64,000 nucleotides of DNA, taken from an uncultured Chloroflexia bacterium (lineage in GTDB: Bacteria; Chloroflexota; Limnocylindria; Limnocylindrales; CSP1-4). The position numbers were made by a program, and so were the translations under genes. The notes beneath the pieces are model-generated. The model ran no database searches, was not told where the DNA came from, and saw only the letters and a list, made by a program, of their open reading frames with translations. Below are positions 50,293 through 61,516 of this stretch, one piece after another. Location: assembly GCA_963720755.1 (NCBI GenBank), contig CAVRGP010000013.1:1-64000 (forward strand). Direction: 5' to 3'. Positions within the stretch are counted from its first letter, which is position 1; every line of letters starts with the position of its first letter.

Positions 50293-51886
50293 ATGCACAT
50301 CCAGTTTCTCGGGGGCGCCACGACAGTCACGGGTTCGCAATACCTGCTGGTGACCGGCCAGGCGCGGATCCTGGTCGACTGCGGGATGTTCCAGGGCAGC
50401 CCCAATGAATCGATCCGCAACCGGGTCCCGTTCGCATTCGAGCCGAACGATCTCGATGCCGTCCTGCTGACCCATGCCCACCTCGATCACTGCGGCCTGC
50501 TGCCGCTGCTGGTGAAGGCCGGGTATCAAGGACCGATCTACGCGACCGGGCGGGACGGTCGAACTGGCCGGCCTCGTCCTCCTCGACTCGGGCAAGCTCC
50601 ACGAGGAGTTCGCCAAGCGCGAGGCGCGCTGGGAGAAGCGGCACCCCGACAAGGTCGAAGCGGACGACCGGGCGGAGGCGGCACGGTACGAGGCGGCGGT
50701 CGAGCTGGCGGCGGCGGGCGAGGGCGCTGAGCACGTGGCCACGACCGTCGAGGCGACGGCGGATGGTTGGCCGTCGGACCCCGAGGCGCAGCTTCGCGCC
50801 CAGCCCCCGGATCTCGCCGTCGACCTCGACGCGCCGCTCTACACGGCCAAGGACGCGGAGCGGGCGCTCGGGTCGTTCCAGCCCGTCCGGTACGGCGACG
50901 AGATCGAGGTCGCACCGGGGATCCACGCGACGTTCGTCGACGCCGGGCACATCCTCGGCTCGGCGATCATCAGGGTCCGGGTCCAGGACACCGAGGGTGG
51001 TGACGAGCGGATCATCGTCTTCTCCGGTGACCTCGGCCGGCCGGGGACGCCGATCCTGCGCGATCCGACCCCGATGACCGGCGCCGACTACGTGCTGGTC
51101 GAGACCACCTATGGCGGCCGTGAGCACGAGCCGGCGGCCGAGTCGGTCCGGCTCCTCGCCGAGACGGTCAGGATGGTCGCCGATGCGGGTGGCGTCCTGC
51201 TCATCCCGTCGTTCGCGATCGGACGCACCCAGGAGGTCGTCTGGGAGCTCGACCGGCTCATCGAGCGCGGCGAGATCCCACTGCTGCCGCTGTACCTCAA
51301 TTCACCGATGGCATCGAAGGCGTCGGACATCTACCGCCACCATCCGGACTACTACGACGAGGAAACGGCCAGGCTGCTGCGCGACGGCGCGACGCCGCTC
51401 GACTACCCGAACCAGACGGTCACGAACGACGTGCGCGCCTCGCAGGCGATCGAGCAGGCCCCGCGGCCGTACATGATCGTCGCCAGCAACGGGATGCTCA
51501 CCGGGGGCCGGATCGTCAACCATCTGCGCCGAGTCATCGACGATCCCGATGCCACGATCCTGTTCGTCGGCTACCAGGGTCAGGGGACATTGGGAGCGCA
51601 CCTCCAGGCCGGGGCACAGACCGTGAAGCTGGACGGTCAGGTCCGACAGGTCCGCTGCAAGATTCGGTCCATCAGCGGTTTCTCGGCGCACGCCGATGAA
51701 CACGAACTCCTCGACTGGCTGAGTCACATGATCGGAGACCGGCGCCCCGGCGAGCCGGGCTACCCGCGCCGGGTCTTCCTGGTCCACGGCGATCCCGAAG
51801 CGCAGATCGCGATCGAGCCCAAGATCCGGGCGCTGGGCTTCGCGACCCACATCCCCCACTGGCACGAGGAGATCGCGCTTGATTGA
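50293..51886 (+). CDS. Metallo-beta-lactamase/beta-CASP ribonuclease (Ysh1-like); frameshift near 50550
   Basis: FLGGATTVTGS, VDCGMFQG, THAHLDH, AGHILGS, FSGDLG, ETTYG, FAIGRTQE, FSAHAD, LVHG. Confidence 0.9.
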
Positions 51887-52742
51887 CCGCATCGTGGCCG
51901 TGCCAGGCTGGCTCGCCCACGCCGTGCGCCGGGTCCTGGGCGGGTCGACGCGAGCCACCTGGGTGGTGGTCGCGGTGCTCGTGCTCATGTCGTTGATCCC
52001 GACGATCGCCATCGGATCGAGCCAGCGACCGACCGATCTCACCTTCGACGACGTGCGCACCCAGCAGATCCCGGCCAATACGACCTGGGTCCGGCTCGAG
52101 GGCGAGTTGGTCGCGGTCGACAACGCGAACGGGTCCGTCTATCACCTGTACGCCGCGGGCGATGAGGAGCACTACATCATCGTGACCGCCCCGGTCCCGC
52201 TGGAGGTCGGCCATGTCGTCATGACCGGGCACCTCGAGCTCGGCGCGCAGGGGGCGGGCACCATCGGGTTCCTCGATGCCGACGTGCCGGCCGTGCCGCG
52301 ACGCGACGAGCCGTTCCAGCTGATCCTCCTGCCGGCGATCATCGCCATCGTCATCGCGATCGGGATGCAGCTCGGCTATCCGGTGATCCGGCGGGACCGG
52401 CGACCACGTTCGGAGGTGGCCCCGCTGCCGACGGACGGGACGCTCCCGGCCGGGTGGAGCGGTCGGATCGAGAGTCAGGTCGTTGCCCATGGCCAGCCGA
52501 TCGACTGCGCCGTCTCGATCGCGCCCGACCCGAAGCTGCCCGACGTGTCCGACCTCGCACTCAGGGCGCCCGGGGCCAGCTGGACGATCCGGCTCCGCCG
52601 GTCTGCGCCGACCAGGTCGGTCCGGTCGTGCCGGCTGAGCGGCTCCAGGTCGGGCGTGGAGATCCATGCCCAGACGGCTGACATCGTCCTTGTCTTCGCC
52701 GATCCCGCCACCCGCGATCGGCTCGTCGCGACCCTCCGGTAG
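51879..52742 (+). CDS. Hypothetical membrane protein
   Basis: Two TM segments; overlaps the upstream stop. Confidence 0.65.
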   Translation: MIDRIVAVPGWLAHAVRRVLGGSTRATWVVVAVLVLMSLIPTIAIGSSQRPTDLTFDDVRTQQIPANTTWVRLEGELVAVDNANGSVYHLYAAGDEEHYIIVTAPVPLEVGHVVMTGHLELGAQGAGTIGFLDADVPAVPRRDEPFQLILLPAIIAIVIAIGMQLGYPVIRRDRRPRSEVAPLPTDGTLPAGWSGRIESQVVAHGQPIDCAVSIAPDPKLPDVSDLALRAPGASWTIRLRRSAPTRSVRSCRLSGSRSGVEIHAQTADIVLVFADPATRDRLVATLR

Positions 52743-52957
52743 GGTCGTCAAGCAAGTCCCGGAGGCCGACGATCCCGGCGATGCCCTGTCGCGGCTGGTG
52801 GGACTCGAGGGGCCATCAGGCGCGACATCGAGGGCAATAGGATCCCCATCCCGGACCATCCGAGCGTGGTCTCCCGGTCTCGCTCCGATCTCGCCGTTTC
52901 CCGTCGCCAGCGGGTACGCTGCCCATGATCACCATGGCACCGACGCGAGGCACACCG

Positions 52958-54523
52958 ATGCGACCATCCCTGAACATCCTCGACGAGGATCTCATCGCCC
53001 GGATCGTTGACGAGGCGAAGCGGGTCCTGGCCGAGGTCGGGATGGAGATCCGGGGCAAGGAGATGCGGCGCCGGCTCCTGGAGCACGGCCTGCCGCTGGA
53101 CTCGACCGGCGATCGCGTCCTGTTCCCACGTGACGTCGTCGAAGCGGCGATCGCGTCGGCCCCCGGTTCGTTCCTGCTGTACGACCGCGACGGTGCGGCT
53201 CATGCGGATATCGGTGGCGACCGGGTCCACTTCGTGCCCGGGTCGTCCGGGCTCAAGGTGCTGGACCATCGGACCGGGGAGACCCGGCTGGCCGACTCGA
53301 CCGATTTCGTGGAGTACGTGCGCCTGGCCGATGGCCTCGCCAACATCCCATACCTGGCCACGGCGTTCTCGACCAACGACGACATCGAGCCCGGCGTTTC
53401 GGACGCCTGGCGGCTGTACATGACCCTGACGAACTCGAAGAAACCCGTCGTCTCCGGGGCCTTCACCGAGCACGGCGTCCCGCGGATGGTCGAGATGATG
53501 CAACTCTTCCGCCAGGACCGGGCCGATCTCATCGCCCGCCCCATGTCGATCTTCACCATCACCGCGACCGGGAACTTCCGGTACAGCGAGGACTCCTGCC
53601 AGAACCTGATCGACTGCGTCGAGGCCGGCATCGCCGTGGAGATCGTCCCGGTGACCCTGATGGGCCTGATCGCACCGGTCACCGTCGTCGGCGCGACCGT
53701 GTTCCACACGGCGGACGTGCTCGCCGGGATCACCATGGCCCAGGTCATCCGGCCCGGCGCGCCCGTCCTGTTCGGTGGGGCGCCGGCCACGTTCCACATG
53801 AAGATCGCGAGCTCGCCGATGTCGGCCATCGAGGCGCTCCAGCTGGACGCCGCCTACGTCGCCGTGGCCAAGTCCCTGGGGCTGCCGACCCAGTCGTACA
53901 TGGCCCTGTCGGATGGGCCGATCCTCGACGCCCAGGCCGGCGCCGAGACGTTCGGGAGCGCACTGATCGCGGCACTCGCCGGGGTCAACTCGGTGTCAGG
54001 CCCGGGGATGCTCGATTTCCTGCTCGTGTTCAGCCTGCCCAAGCTGGTCTTCGACGATGAGATGTGCGGGCAGGCCCTGCGCTTCATCCGCGAGGTCCGG
54101 CCGGTGGACGATCTCCCGGTCGATGCCCTGGTCGACCAGCTGCTGGCCGATCAACACCTGATCATGGCCGACCACACGACCGCCAACTGGCCGACCGAGC
54201 TGTACCTGCCGTCCGCGGTGGTCGATCGCGACAACCGCGAAGCGTGGCTGAAGCAGGGCGGCAAGGACACCTATCAGCGTGCCTGTGACGAAGTCGATCG
54301 GCGGTTGGCCGCCTACCATCAGGTGGAGACGGACCCGGTCGCCGAAGCCGAACTTCGCCGGATCATCAGCGCCGGGCTGGTGAGCCAGGAGCGCCTGCCG
54401 GAGATCCCGGTCGCGCCCGAGCCCGTCGTCGCCAGCGGGCCAGGCAGTGCGGGCCGCCGCCACAATCGCCGGCGCGAACTCGCCGGTCGCGGACCGGTCA
54501 CGCCGGCGGAGTCCGTCCCATGA
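52958..54523 (+). CDS. Trimethylamine methyltransferase (MttB) superfamily, non-pyrrolysine
   Basis: [61 protein letters not shown]; no in-frame TAG. Confidence 0.88.
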   Translation: MRPSLNILDEDLIARIVDEAKRVLAEVGMEIRGKEMRRRLLEHGLPLDSTGDRVLFPRDVVEAAIASAPGSFLLYDRDGAAHADIGGDRVHFVPGSSGLKVLDHRTGETRLADSTDFVEYVRLADGLANIPYLATAFSTNDDIEPGVSDAWRLYMTLTNSKKPVVSGAFTEHGVPRMVEMMQLFRQDRADLIARPMSIFTITATGNFRYSEDSCQNLIDCVEAGIAVEIVPVTLMGLIAPVTVVGATVFHTADVLAGITMAQVIRPGAPVLFGGAPATFHMKIASSPMSAIEALQLDAAYVAVAKSLGLPTQSYMALSDGPILDAQAGAETFGSALIAALAGVNSVSGPGMLDFLLVFSLPKLVFDDEMCGQALRFIREVRPVDDLPVDALVDQLLADQHLIMADHTTANWPTELYLPSAVVDRDNREAWLKQGGKDTYQRACDEVDRRLAAYHQVETDPVAEAELRRIISAGLVSQERLPEIPVAPEPVVASGPGSAGRRHNRRRELAGRGPVTPAESVP

Positions 54524-54587
54524 CCAGACCATCCATCGACGAGTAGACGTCCGTTCAGACGAGCCAAGCCCGCACCAGGAGTCGATC

Positions 54588-55910
54588 GTGATCGCAGCCT
54601 CCCCACTGACCGCCGAAGAGATCGCCGCCGTCCGGAAGCCGTACCGCGCAGCCTCGCTGCTGCCCCGCCGGGCCTATCACGACGCCGACGTCAACGAGTT
54701 CGAGCGCACCGAGTGGCTGCGTCGCGATTGGGTGATCGTCGGCCGCGAGGAGGACGCGGCGGCCTCGGGCACGTATTTCCTGGCCACCGTCGACGACGAA
54801 CCGCTGATCATCGTCCGCGGCCGCGACGAGGTCCTGCGCGCCTTCTACAACGTCTGTCGCCATCGCGGGACGGCGGTCGTGGAAGAGCCGTGCGGCAAGG
54901 CCGTCCGCTTCCAGTGCCCGTACCACGCCTGGATCTACGACCTCGACGGATCGCTCATCCGGGCCAAGCACACCGATGACCTCGAGGACTTCAGCTTCGA
55001 GGGGTACGGGCTCGTCGAGATCAAGGTCGCGACCTGGCAGGGGTTCGTCTTCGTCAGCCTCGATCCCGAGGTCGGCCCGCTCATCGAATGGCTCGACGAT
55101 CTCGTGCCGCACCTGGACCGGTTCGACTTCGCCAGCCTCCGCGTCGCCCATACGGAGACCTACGAGGTCGACGCCAACTGGAAGTTCATCGCCGAGAACT
55201 ACAGCGAGTGCTACCACTGCCCGGGCATCCACCCGCAACTCAACAAGCTGACGCCGTACGACCTGGGCGGCGACTACTCGCCGAGCGGGCCGTGGCAGGG
55301 TGGCTGGATGGAACTTGTCGACGATGCGGAGACGATGGGGCTCGATGGCGGCCATCGAGGCGGGCGGCCCGCGATGGCCGGGATGACCGCCATCGACGAG
55401 CGGCGGATCGACTACTACCTGCTGTGGCCGACCACGTTCCTGTCGATCCACCCGGACTACCTGCTGGTCCATCGTCTCGAACCGGCCGGTCCGGGCCATA
55501 CCCGGGTCATCTGCCAGTGGCTGTTCGAACCGGCGACGATCGCGGCGCCGGATTTCGACCCGTCCGACGCCGTCGGGTTCTGGGACCTGACCAATCGCCA
55601 GGACTGGCGCGTCTGTGAACTCCAGCAGGTCGGCACGCGGTCGCGCAGCTGGACGGCCGGGCGATATTCGAACCAGGAGCCGAGCGTCCACGCGTTCGAC
55701 CTGATGTGCGTCGATCGATACGCCGCCGACGGGATCGGGACCGAGCGGACCGTCCGCAGCCGGTACGACATCCCGCCGCCCCTCGAGGTGGAGGACCACG
55801 GCCAACCGGAACATGGTGCGGTCCCCGCGATGCGGCTGCCCCGCGATACCGAGTCCACCAGCCGGCGAACGGGGTCTCGCGCGACCGCCAACACGCGGGC
55901 CGAGACCTAG
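54588..55910 (+). CDS. Rieske non-heme iron oxygenase alpha subunit (GbcA/CntA/choline monooxygenase-like)
   Basis: CRHRG, CPYHAW, NWKFIAENYSECYHC...HP, QDWRVCE. Confidence 0.92.
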   Translation: MIAASPLTAEEIAAVRKPYRAASLLPRRAYHDADVNEFERTEWLRRDWVIVGREEDAAASGTYFLATVDDEPLIIVRGRDEVLRAFYNVCRHRGTAVVEEPCGKAVRFQCPYHAWIYDLDGSLIRAKHTDDLEDFSFEGYGLVEIKVATWQGFVFVSLDPEVGPLIEWLDDLVPHLDRFDFASLRVAHTETYEVDANWKFIAENYSECYHCPGIHPQLNKLTPYDLGGDYSPSGPWQGGWMELVDDAETMGLDGGHRGGRPAMAGMTAIDERRIDYYLLWPTTFLSIHPDYLLVHRLEPAGPGHTRVICQWLFEPATIAAPDFDPSDAVGFWDLTNRQDWRVCELQQVGTRSRSWTAGRYSNQEPSVHAFDLMCVDRYAADGIGTERTVRSRYDIPPPLEVEDHGQPEHGAVPAMRLPRDTESTSRRTGSRATANTRAET

Positions 55911-55931
55911 GTCCGCCGGCGGTCCTCGACC

Positions 55932-56750
55932 CTAGGTTGCCTCGTCGTCCTCGGCGACCACCCGCTGCTCGGAACCTTCGCGGAACGACCCGACGCGCCA
56001 GGCGATCAGGATGGCCACCGCGGTCACCGTCACGATGATCGTCGAGATCGCGTTGATCTCCGGGGTGATCCCGAATCGGATCTTGCCGTAGATGAACAAC
56101 GGCAGCGTGGATGAACCGACGCCGGCGTTGAACGTGGTCACGACGTAGTCGTCGAAGGACAGGGCGAACGCCAGGAGTGCCCCGGCCCAGATCGCCGGTG
56201 CGACGAGCGGCAGGGTCACGAACCGGAACGCCCCAAGGGCCGAAGCCCCCAGGTCACGCGCGGCCTCTTCGAGGTGGGGGTCCATGTTCACGGCTCGCGC
56301 CCGGACGATGACCGCCACGTAGCTGATGCAGAACGTGATGTGGGCCAGGGCGAGCTGGGTGAACGACCCTCGCCCGCCGATCACGGCGAAGAAGAAGATC
56401 AGCAGGCTGAGACCCATGATGATCTCGGGCGTCACCATCGGGAGCAGGAGCAGCGTTTCCGTCGCGGCCCGGCCGCGGAACCGCAGCCGAGCCAGGGCCA
56501 GGCCGAAGACGGTCCCGAGGATCGTGGCCCCCACGACGGTGACCGCGGCGAGCCGCATCGTCACCGAGACCGCTTCGAGCAGCCGCTGGTTGTCGAACAG
56601 GACCGGATACCAGTCGAGCGTGAACCCCTCCCAGCTGAAGCTGAACTCGGAGGTATTGAACGAGAAGATGATGAGGATGACGATCGGCGCGAACAGAAAC
56701 AGGTAGACGAGGAGGGCGTACGCCGACAGCCACCGGTTCCGGCTGGTCAT
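55932..56750 (-). CDS. potC: Polyamine ABC transporter permease
   Basis: FTLDWY, LEEAARDLGA, FALSFDD, TLPL, PEINA. Confidence 0.88.
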   Translation of the reverse strand: MTSRNRWLSAYALLVYLFLFAPIVILIIFSFNTSEFSFSWEGFTLDWYPVLFDNQRLLEAVSVTMRLAAVTVVGATILGTVFGLALARLRFRGRAATETLLLLPMVTPEIIMGLSLLIFFFAVIGGRGSFTQLALAHITFCISYVAVIVRARAVNMDPHLEEAARDLGASALGAFRFVTLPLVAPAIWAGALLAFALSFDDYVVTTFNAGVGSSTLPLFIYGKIRFGITPEINAISTIIVTVTAVAILIAWRVGSFREGSEQRVVAEDDEAT

Positions 56751-56775
56751 CGGGTGGCTCGCGCTGCCGCGCCGA

Positions 56776-57651
56776 TCACGTCCCCGCCACCTCGCGACGC
56801 AGTGGGCCGAGCGCGAGGACCGTGCCGCCGAGGGTGAACAGCATGACCAGGAAGCCGAGAGCGGCCCCGTACGGCCAATCCCGACCCTGGAGGAACAGTT
56901 CCTGGATGATCTTGGCGATCGTGGTCGTCTCCGGCCCACCCAGGATGTCCGGCGTGACGAAGTCGCCCAGGGCGGGGATGAAGGTCAGGATGGAGGCGGC
57001 GATGATCCCCGGCATGGTCAGCGGCAAGGTGACGTGCCGGAACGCGGCCCGACCACTTGCGTACAGGTCCCTGGCGGCGGGGACGAGGGCCGGATCGAGA
57101 CGGTCGATCGAGACATACAGCGGCAGGATGGCGAACGGCAGGAACCCGTACGTCATCCCGACGATGACCGAGAAATCGGTGTTCAGCAGGATGATCGGCT
57201 CGGAGGTCAGACCGAGCGACTGGAGGACCGAGTTGATGACGCCGTTGTCGCTCAGGATGGTCATCCAGGCGTACGTGCGGATGAGATAGCTCGTCCAGAA
57301 CGGGAGCATGACGATGATCAGCAGGAGCGTCTTGTTCCGGCCCCCGTAGCGACTGATCCAGTAGGCGATCGGGTAGCCGATCAGCAGGCACAGCACTGTC
57401 GTGGCAAGCGCGAACCGGATGGAGTTCCAGAAGGTCGGCAGGAACACCGGGTCGAACGCGCGGGCGTAGTTGTCGAGCGAGATCCGGTCGAACACGATCG
57501 AATCCGCCTCGCCCCGCGACCCGAGGCTGACGACGAACATCATCAGCAGCGGGACGAGGAAGAAGATGACCAGCCAGGCGACGCCGGGCAGGAGCATCAC
57601 GCTCGCTGCCAGCCGCCTGATGAGCGACGGACGCGGGGTCGTCTCGGTCAC
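56776..57651 (-). CDS. potB: Polyamine ABC transporter permease
   Basis: LPFWTSYLIRTYAW, LPFAILPLY, AARDL, RDWPYGAA. Confidence 0.88.
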   Translation of the reverse strand: MTETTPRPSLIRRLAASVMLLPGVAWLVIFFLVPLLMMFVVSLGSRGEADSIVFDRISLDNYARAFDPVFLPTFWNSIRFALATTVLCLLIGYPIAYWISRYGGRNKTLLLIIVMLPFWTSYLIRTYAWMTILSDNGVINSVLQSLGLTSEPIILLNTDFSVIVGMTYGFLPFAILPLYVSIDRLDPALVPAARDLYASGRAAFRHVTLPLTMPGIIAASILTFIPALGDFVTPDILGGPETTTIAKIIQELFLQGRDWPYGAALGFLVMLFTLGGTVLALGPLRREVAGT

Positions 57652-57690
57652 GGTTCCGCCCAGGACTCCGGGGATCCGACGTCGTCCTCG

Positions 57691-58932
57691 CTAGCGGCCG
57701 AGCTGATGCCAGCGCTGCAGGTATTCATCCCGCACCGCCGGACCCAGGTCGAGGAGTTCCTGGAGCTTGGCGACCAGCTCCTGGTCCGGGTTCAGGGTCG
57801 GATCGTTGAGGATCTCCGGGAGGATGAACTCCTTGGCCGCGGCATTCGGACCCATGTAGTAGATGTAGTTCGTGTTGTCGGCGGCGACGTGCGCGTCGAG
57901 CATGTGGTTGATGAACAGATGGGCCGCGATCGGGTGCTTTGCGCCCGAGAAGACGGCCATCGTGTCGGAGCCCTTGACCCCGCCTTCCGAAGGGATGTAG
58001 TAGCGGGCCTTCTTGACCCGCTTCTGGATCCGGTAGAGGTCGGCGCCCCAGATCTGGCCGATCCACACATCGCCGCTGGTCATCATCCGTCGGGTGTTCG
58101 TGTCGTACGTTCGGACCAGCGGTCGCTGGCGGTCGAGCAGCTGGTAGGCCTGGTCGATCTCTGCCGGATCGGTGGTGTTGGCGTTCAGGCCCAACTGGAT
58201 GAGCGCCAGGCCGAAGACCTCCTGCCAGTCATCGAGCATCCCGATGTGCTTGGCGAACCGCTGGTCCCACAGCGATGTGCTGCTCGTCAGGGTCTCGGGG
58301 ATCTTGGCCTGGTCGTAGGCGATCCCGGTCGTCCACCACATGTACGGCACGGAATGCGCGTTGCCCGGGTCGTACAGCGGATCCATCCACTCCGCCCCGA
58401 GGTTGACGATGTTCGGGATGAGCGACTTGTCGAGCTCGACGACCGCTCCCTTCGCCACCAGGGCGGGGATATCGACGCCCGTCGGGAACGACACGTCGTA
58501 GCCGCCACCATCGTTGCCCAGCTTGGCGTACGCCTCATCGAGGTTCCCGAAGAAGTCGTAGGTGACCTTGACCCCGTACTTCTCCTCGAACGACGGGATG
58601 GCGTTCTCGTCGATGTACTCGGTCCAGTTGTAGATGAACAGCTCGGACTCGGGCGTCGGGACAGGGGTCGGAGCCGGCGTGTCGGTCGCGACGGCTGCCG
58701 CCGAGCCGGCTGCGGTCGGTGAAGGAACGGCAGGGGCCGTCGTGTTCGTGGCGATCGGGGCGGCGGATCCGGCGGCACTCGAGCACGCTGCGATCACCGG
58801 GGCCAGTGCCGCCGCGGCGCCGACCTTGGCGATCAATTCGAGCATGTCTCGTCGGGTCAGGCGCCGCTCGACCATGTACCGGGTGAGCTGCTTCTCGAGG
58901 TCGATGGACGATCCGTCGTGGCGATCGGTCAT
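57691..58932 (-). CDS. potD: Polyamine-binding lipoprotein (Tat-like signal)
   Basis: TRRDML + IAAC; IYNWTEYI, PYMWWTTGIAY, YYIPSEG. Confidence 0.88.
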   Translation of the reverse strand: MTDRHDGSSIDLEKQLTRYMVERRLTRRDMLELIAKVGAAAALAPVIAACSSAAGSAAPIATNTTAPAVPSPTAAGSAAAVATDTPAPTPVPTPESELFIYNWTEYIDENAIPSFEEKYGVKVTYDFFGNLDEAYAKLGNDGGGYDVSFPTGVDIPALVAKGAVVELDKSLIPNIVNLGAEWMDPLYDPGNAHSVPYMWWTTGIAYDQAKIPETLTSSTSLWDQRFAKHIGMLDDWQEVFGLALIQLGLNANTTDPAEIDQAYQLLDRQRPLVRTYDTNTRRMMTSGDVWIGQIWGADLYRIQKRVKKARYYIPSEGGVKGSDTMAVFSGAKHPIAAHLFINHMLDAHVAADNTNYIYYMGPNAAAKEFILPEILNDPTLNPDQELVAKLQELLDLGPAVRDEYLQRWHQLGR

Positions 58933-60032
58933 GGTGCGGTCTCCTCCAGTACCTGGGACGTATCGACCGGGCCGCGACCGAGGACCAGGGCCTCGGAGGG
59001 GGACCAGGCGACCGCCACGTCGCTTCCGACCGGGAATCGAACCCCGGCCTTGGGGGATAGGACGGTCAGGCCGAGACCGCCTGCCGTGCGCAATCGATAC
59101 GAGATGGTCGACCCGAGGTACGCCGTCTGCTCGACGACGGCCGGGATCGCGCCCTCGGCGCTGGTGGGCACAAGGGCGATCACTTCGGGACGGACGCTGA
59201 TCTCGACCTCGGTGCCAGCCGGCAGGCTGCCGTGTTCGACCTGCGCGATATCGCCCGAGGTCAACCGGACCCGGCCATCGCCCTCGACCGCTCCCCGCAG
59301 CAGGTTGGTCGAACCGATGAAGTCGGCCACGAAGCGCGTCGCCGGCCGTTCATACAACTCCTCCGGCGTGCCCAGCTGCTCGACCTTGCCGGCGTGCATG
59401 ACCGCGATCCGGTCACTCATCGTGAGCGCTTCCTCCTGGTCGTGGGTCACGTACACGAAGGTGATCCCGACCTCGGTCTGGATCCGTTTGAGTTCGATCT
59501 GGAGCTGTCGGCGGAGCTTGAGGTCGAGCGCTCCGAGAGGTTCGTCGAGGAGCAGCACGTTGGGGCGATTGACGAGGGCCCTGGCCAGGGCGACCCGCTG
59601 CTGCTGGCCCCCGGACAGCTGGTTCGGGCGGCGCCGGTCGTAGCCGGTCAGATGGACGAGTTCCAGCGCTTCACCGACCCGGCGCGCCGTCTCGTCCTTG
59701 GCGACGCCCTTGCGCTTGAGGCCGAAACCGACGTTGGCAGCCACGTCGAGATGGGGGAACAGCGCGTAGTTCTGGAAGACCATGTTCACCGGCCGCTTGT
59801 CCGGCGGGTCGTTGGTGATATCCCGGCCGCGCAGCAGGATCGTCCCGCCAGTCGGGAGCTCGAACCCACCGATCATCCGGAGCGTGGTCGTCTTCCCACA
59901 ACCGGACGGCCCGAGCAGCGAGAAGAACTCGCCGCCGGCGATGTCGATCGAGACGCCGTCGACGGCACGCACTTCGCGGAAGCGTTTCTCGAGATCGACC
60001 AGTTGGATCTCAGGGGTCGCCTGGGACAACAT
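58929..60032 (-). CDS. potA: Polyamine ABC transporter ATPase
   Basis: [44 protein letters not shown]. Confidence 0.92.
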   Translation of the reverse strand: MLSQATPEIQLVDLEKRFREVRAVDGVSIDIAGGEFFSLLGPSGCGKTTTLRMIGGFELPTGGTILLRGRDITNDPPDKRPVNMVFQNYALFPHLDVAANVGFGLKRKGVAKDETARRVGEALELVHLTGYDRRRPNQLSGGQQQRVALARALVNRPNVLLLDEPLGALDLKLRRQLQIELKRIQTEVGITFVYVTHDQEEALTMSDRIAVMHAGKVEQLGTPEELYERPATRFVADFIGSTNLLRGAVEGDGRVRLTSGDIAQVEHGSLPAGTEVEISVRPEVIALVPTSAEGAIPAVVEQTAYLGSTISYRLRTAGGLGLTVLSPKAGVRFPVGSDVAVAWSPSEALVLGRGPVDTSQVLEETAP

Positions 60033-60207
60033 TCCGCGGAGGCTAGCCGACCGGGACGTTCTGCGCCCGGTCGCGTCCCGGTCAACGGAACGTCGCCGGG
60101 TCCGGCGACCGTCCGAGACCGCCAAAGGTACCCACGCTCATCCGCCATCGGGCCACTTACCCCGCACGATGCAGCGCCTATCGTCGTTCGAGACGGGAGA
60201 CAGGCTC

Positions 60208-61503
60208 TTGCCAGGACACGAACGACATCGGATCCGCACGCCGCTCGTGGGCGCACTCGCGCTCGCGAGCAGTCTCGTGGCGTCCCTGTTCGTGTTCGCT
60301 GTACCGGTGCTGGCCGTCACGTGCCCCGACTGGGGCACCTTGACTGGGCCGTCCGTCACGCCCGGATCGGGGCCGACGAACAAGGCCTTCGCGTTCTCCG
60401 TCGTGTATCAGGACGATGCCGGCGAGACGCCCGACTTCGCCGAGGTTGACGTCGGTTCGGGCACGATCATCAAGGCATTGACCTACCAGTCAGGCGACCT
60501 CCATACGGGCGCGACGTACGCGGCGACATTCAAGGTTCCGGTCGGGACCTGGGATGTCACGTTCCGGGTCGAGCCGGGGACCCAGCCAGGCAAGCTCGCG
60601 ACGTGTGAGATCTCGGGCGGCACGATCAACGTGTCGCCCAAGCCGACTCCGAAACCCACGCCCAAGCCGACCCCGAAGCCGCCACGGGCGACCCCGAAGC
60701 CGACACCCAGGCCGACCCCGAGGCCCACCAAGAAGCCCGTGGCCAAGCACCACGCGACGCCGAAGCCGACCGCCAAGCCGACCCCTGTCGTGGCGGTCGC
60801 TCCGACGCCCGTTCGGACGCCCGATCCGACGCCGAGCCCGACTCCGTCACCGTCTCCGTCCGTACTTCCCGTCGCGCTGGCGGCCGGCGGCGGGACCGCG
60901 AACGGCGTCGGACCTTCGGACCCCGCCGCGAGCGGTGGCGGCCCGCTGCCGCTCCTCCTGCTCGCCGCGCTCATCGGTATTGGCGGGTTCTTCATCGTGG
61001 CCCGGCGCCGACGCCGTGCTACGTCCGATCCGGACGGGCTGCCGTTGCCGGGGACCGCCGCTGACGCCTCCACCGCGGTCGAGTCTCCCGGGGCTGCGGC
61101 TCCGCCACTCGTCCCGGCCCCCGGGGCTGCAGCGTTCGCCGGTCCCGCGGCCGTGGCCGTGGCCGATGATGACCTGACCCCGGTCGATGACGACGCGCCA
61201 CTCAAACGAACGCGAGAGGCGCTCCGGCAGGTCGCGGAGCCGGCGATGGCCGCCGGCGCCGCCACCGTCGCCCGGACGTTCAGCAAACCGCCGAGCAAGG
61301 GCGTCGAACGGGTGATGGTGGCCTATCGGCGAGTCCGGATCAGCTCGGAACCAGACGTGGTCCGATCGAAGGAGCTCGGGCGCCTCGACCGGGGCGATGA
61401 GGTCGAGATCCTCGAATCGCACGAGGGGTTCCTCCAGATCCGGACGCCCGACGACATCACCGGCTGGATCCTTCGCCACACCGTCGGCGCACCGGCGACC
61501 TGA
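60208..61503 (+). CDS. Membrane protein: signal, Ig-like domain, PKPT repeats, TM, C-terminal SH3b-like domain
   Basis: GGGAGA RBS before TTG; TM followed by RRRRR; [14 protein letters not shown]...[14 protein letters not shown]. Confidence 0.75.
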   Translation: MPGHERHRIRTPLVGALALASSLVASLFVFAVPVLAVTCPDWGTLTGPSVTPGSGPTNKAFAFSVVYQDDAGETPDFAEVDVGSGTIIKALTYQSGDLHTGATYAATFKVPVGTWDVTFRVEPGTQPGKLATCEISGGTINVSPKPTPKPTPKPTPKPPRATPKPTPRPTPRPTKKPVAKHHATPKPTAKPTPVVAVAPTPVRTPDPTPSPTPSPSPSVLPVALAAGGGTANGVGPSDPAASGGGPLPLLLLAALIGIGGFFIVARRRRRATSDPDGLPLPGTAADASTAVESPGAAAPPLVPAPGAAAFAGPAAVAVADDDLTPVDDDAPLKRTREALRQVAEPAMAAGAATVARTFSKPPSKGVERVMVAYRRVRISSEPDVVRSKELGRLDRGDEVEILESHEGFLQIRTPDDITGWILRHTVGAPAT

Positions 61504-61516
61504 TCCCGGTCGAGCG

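Noticed and set aside
52958-54523. Pyrrolysine recoding in the MttB homolog
   Set aside because: The ORF has no in-frame TAG and no pyl genes are present.
54520-54546. 8-codon ORF (MTRPSIDE) coupled to the mttB stop
   Set aside because: Too short to support, and the Rieske gene has its own AGGAG RBS.
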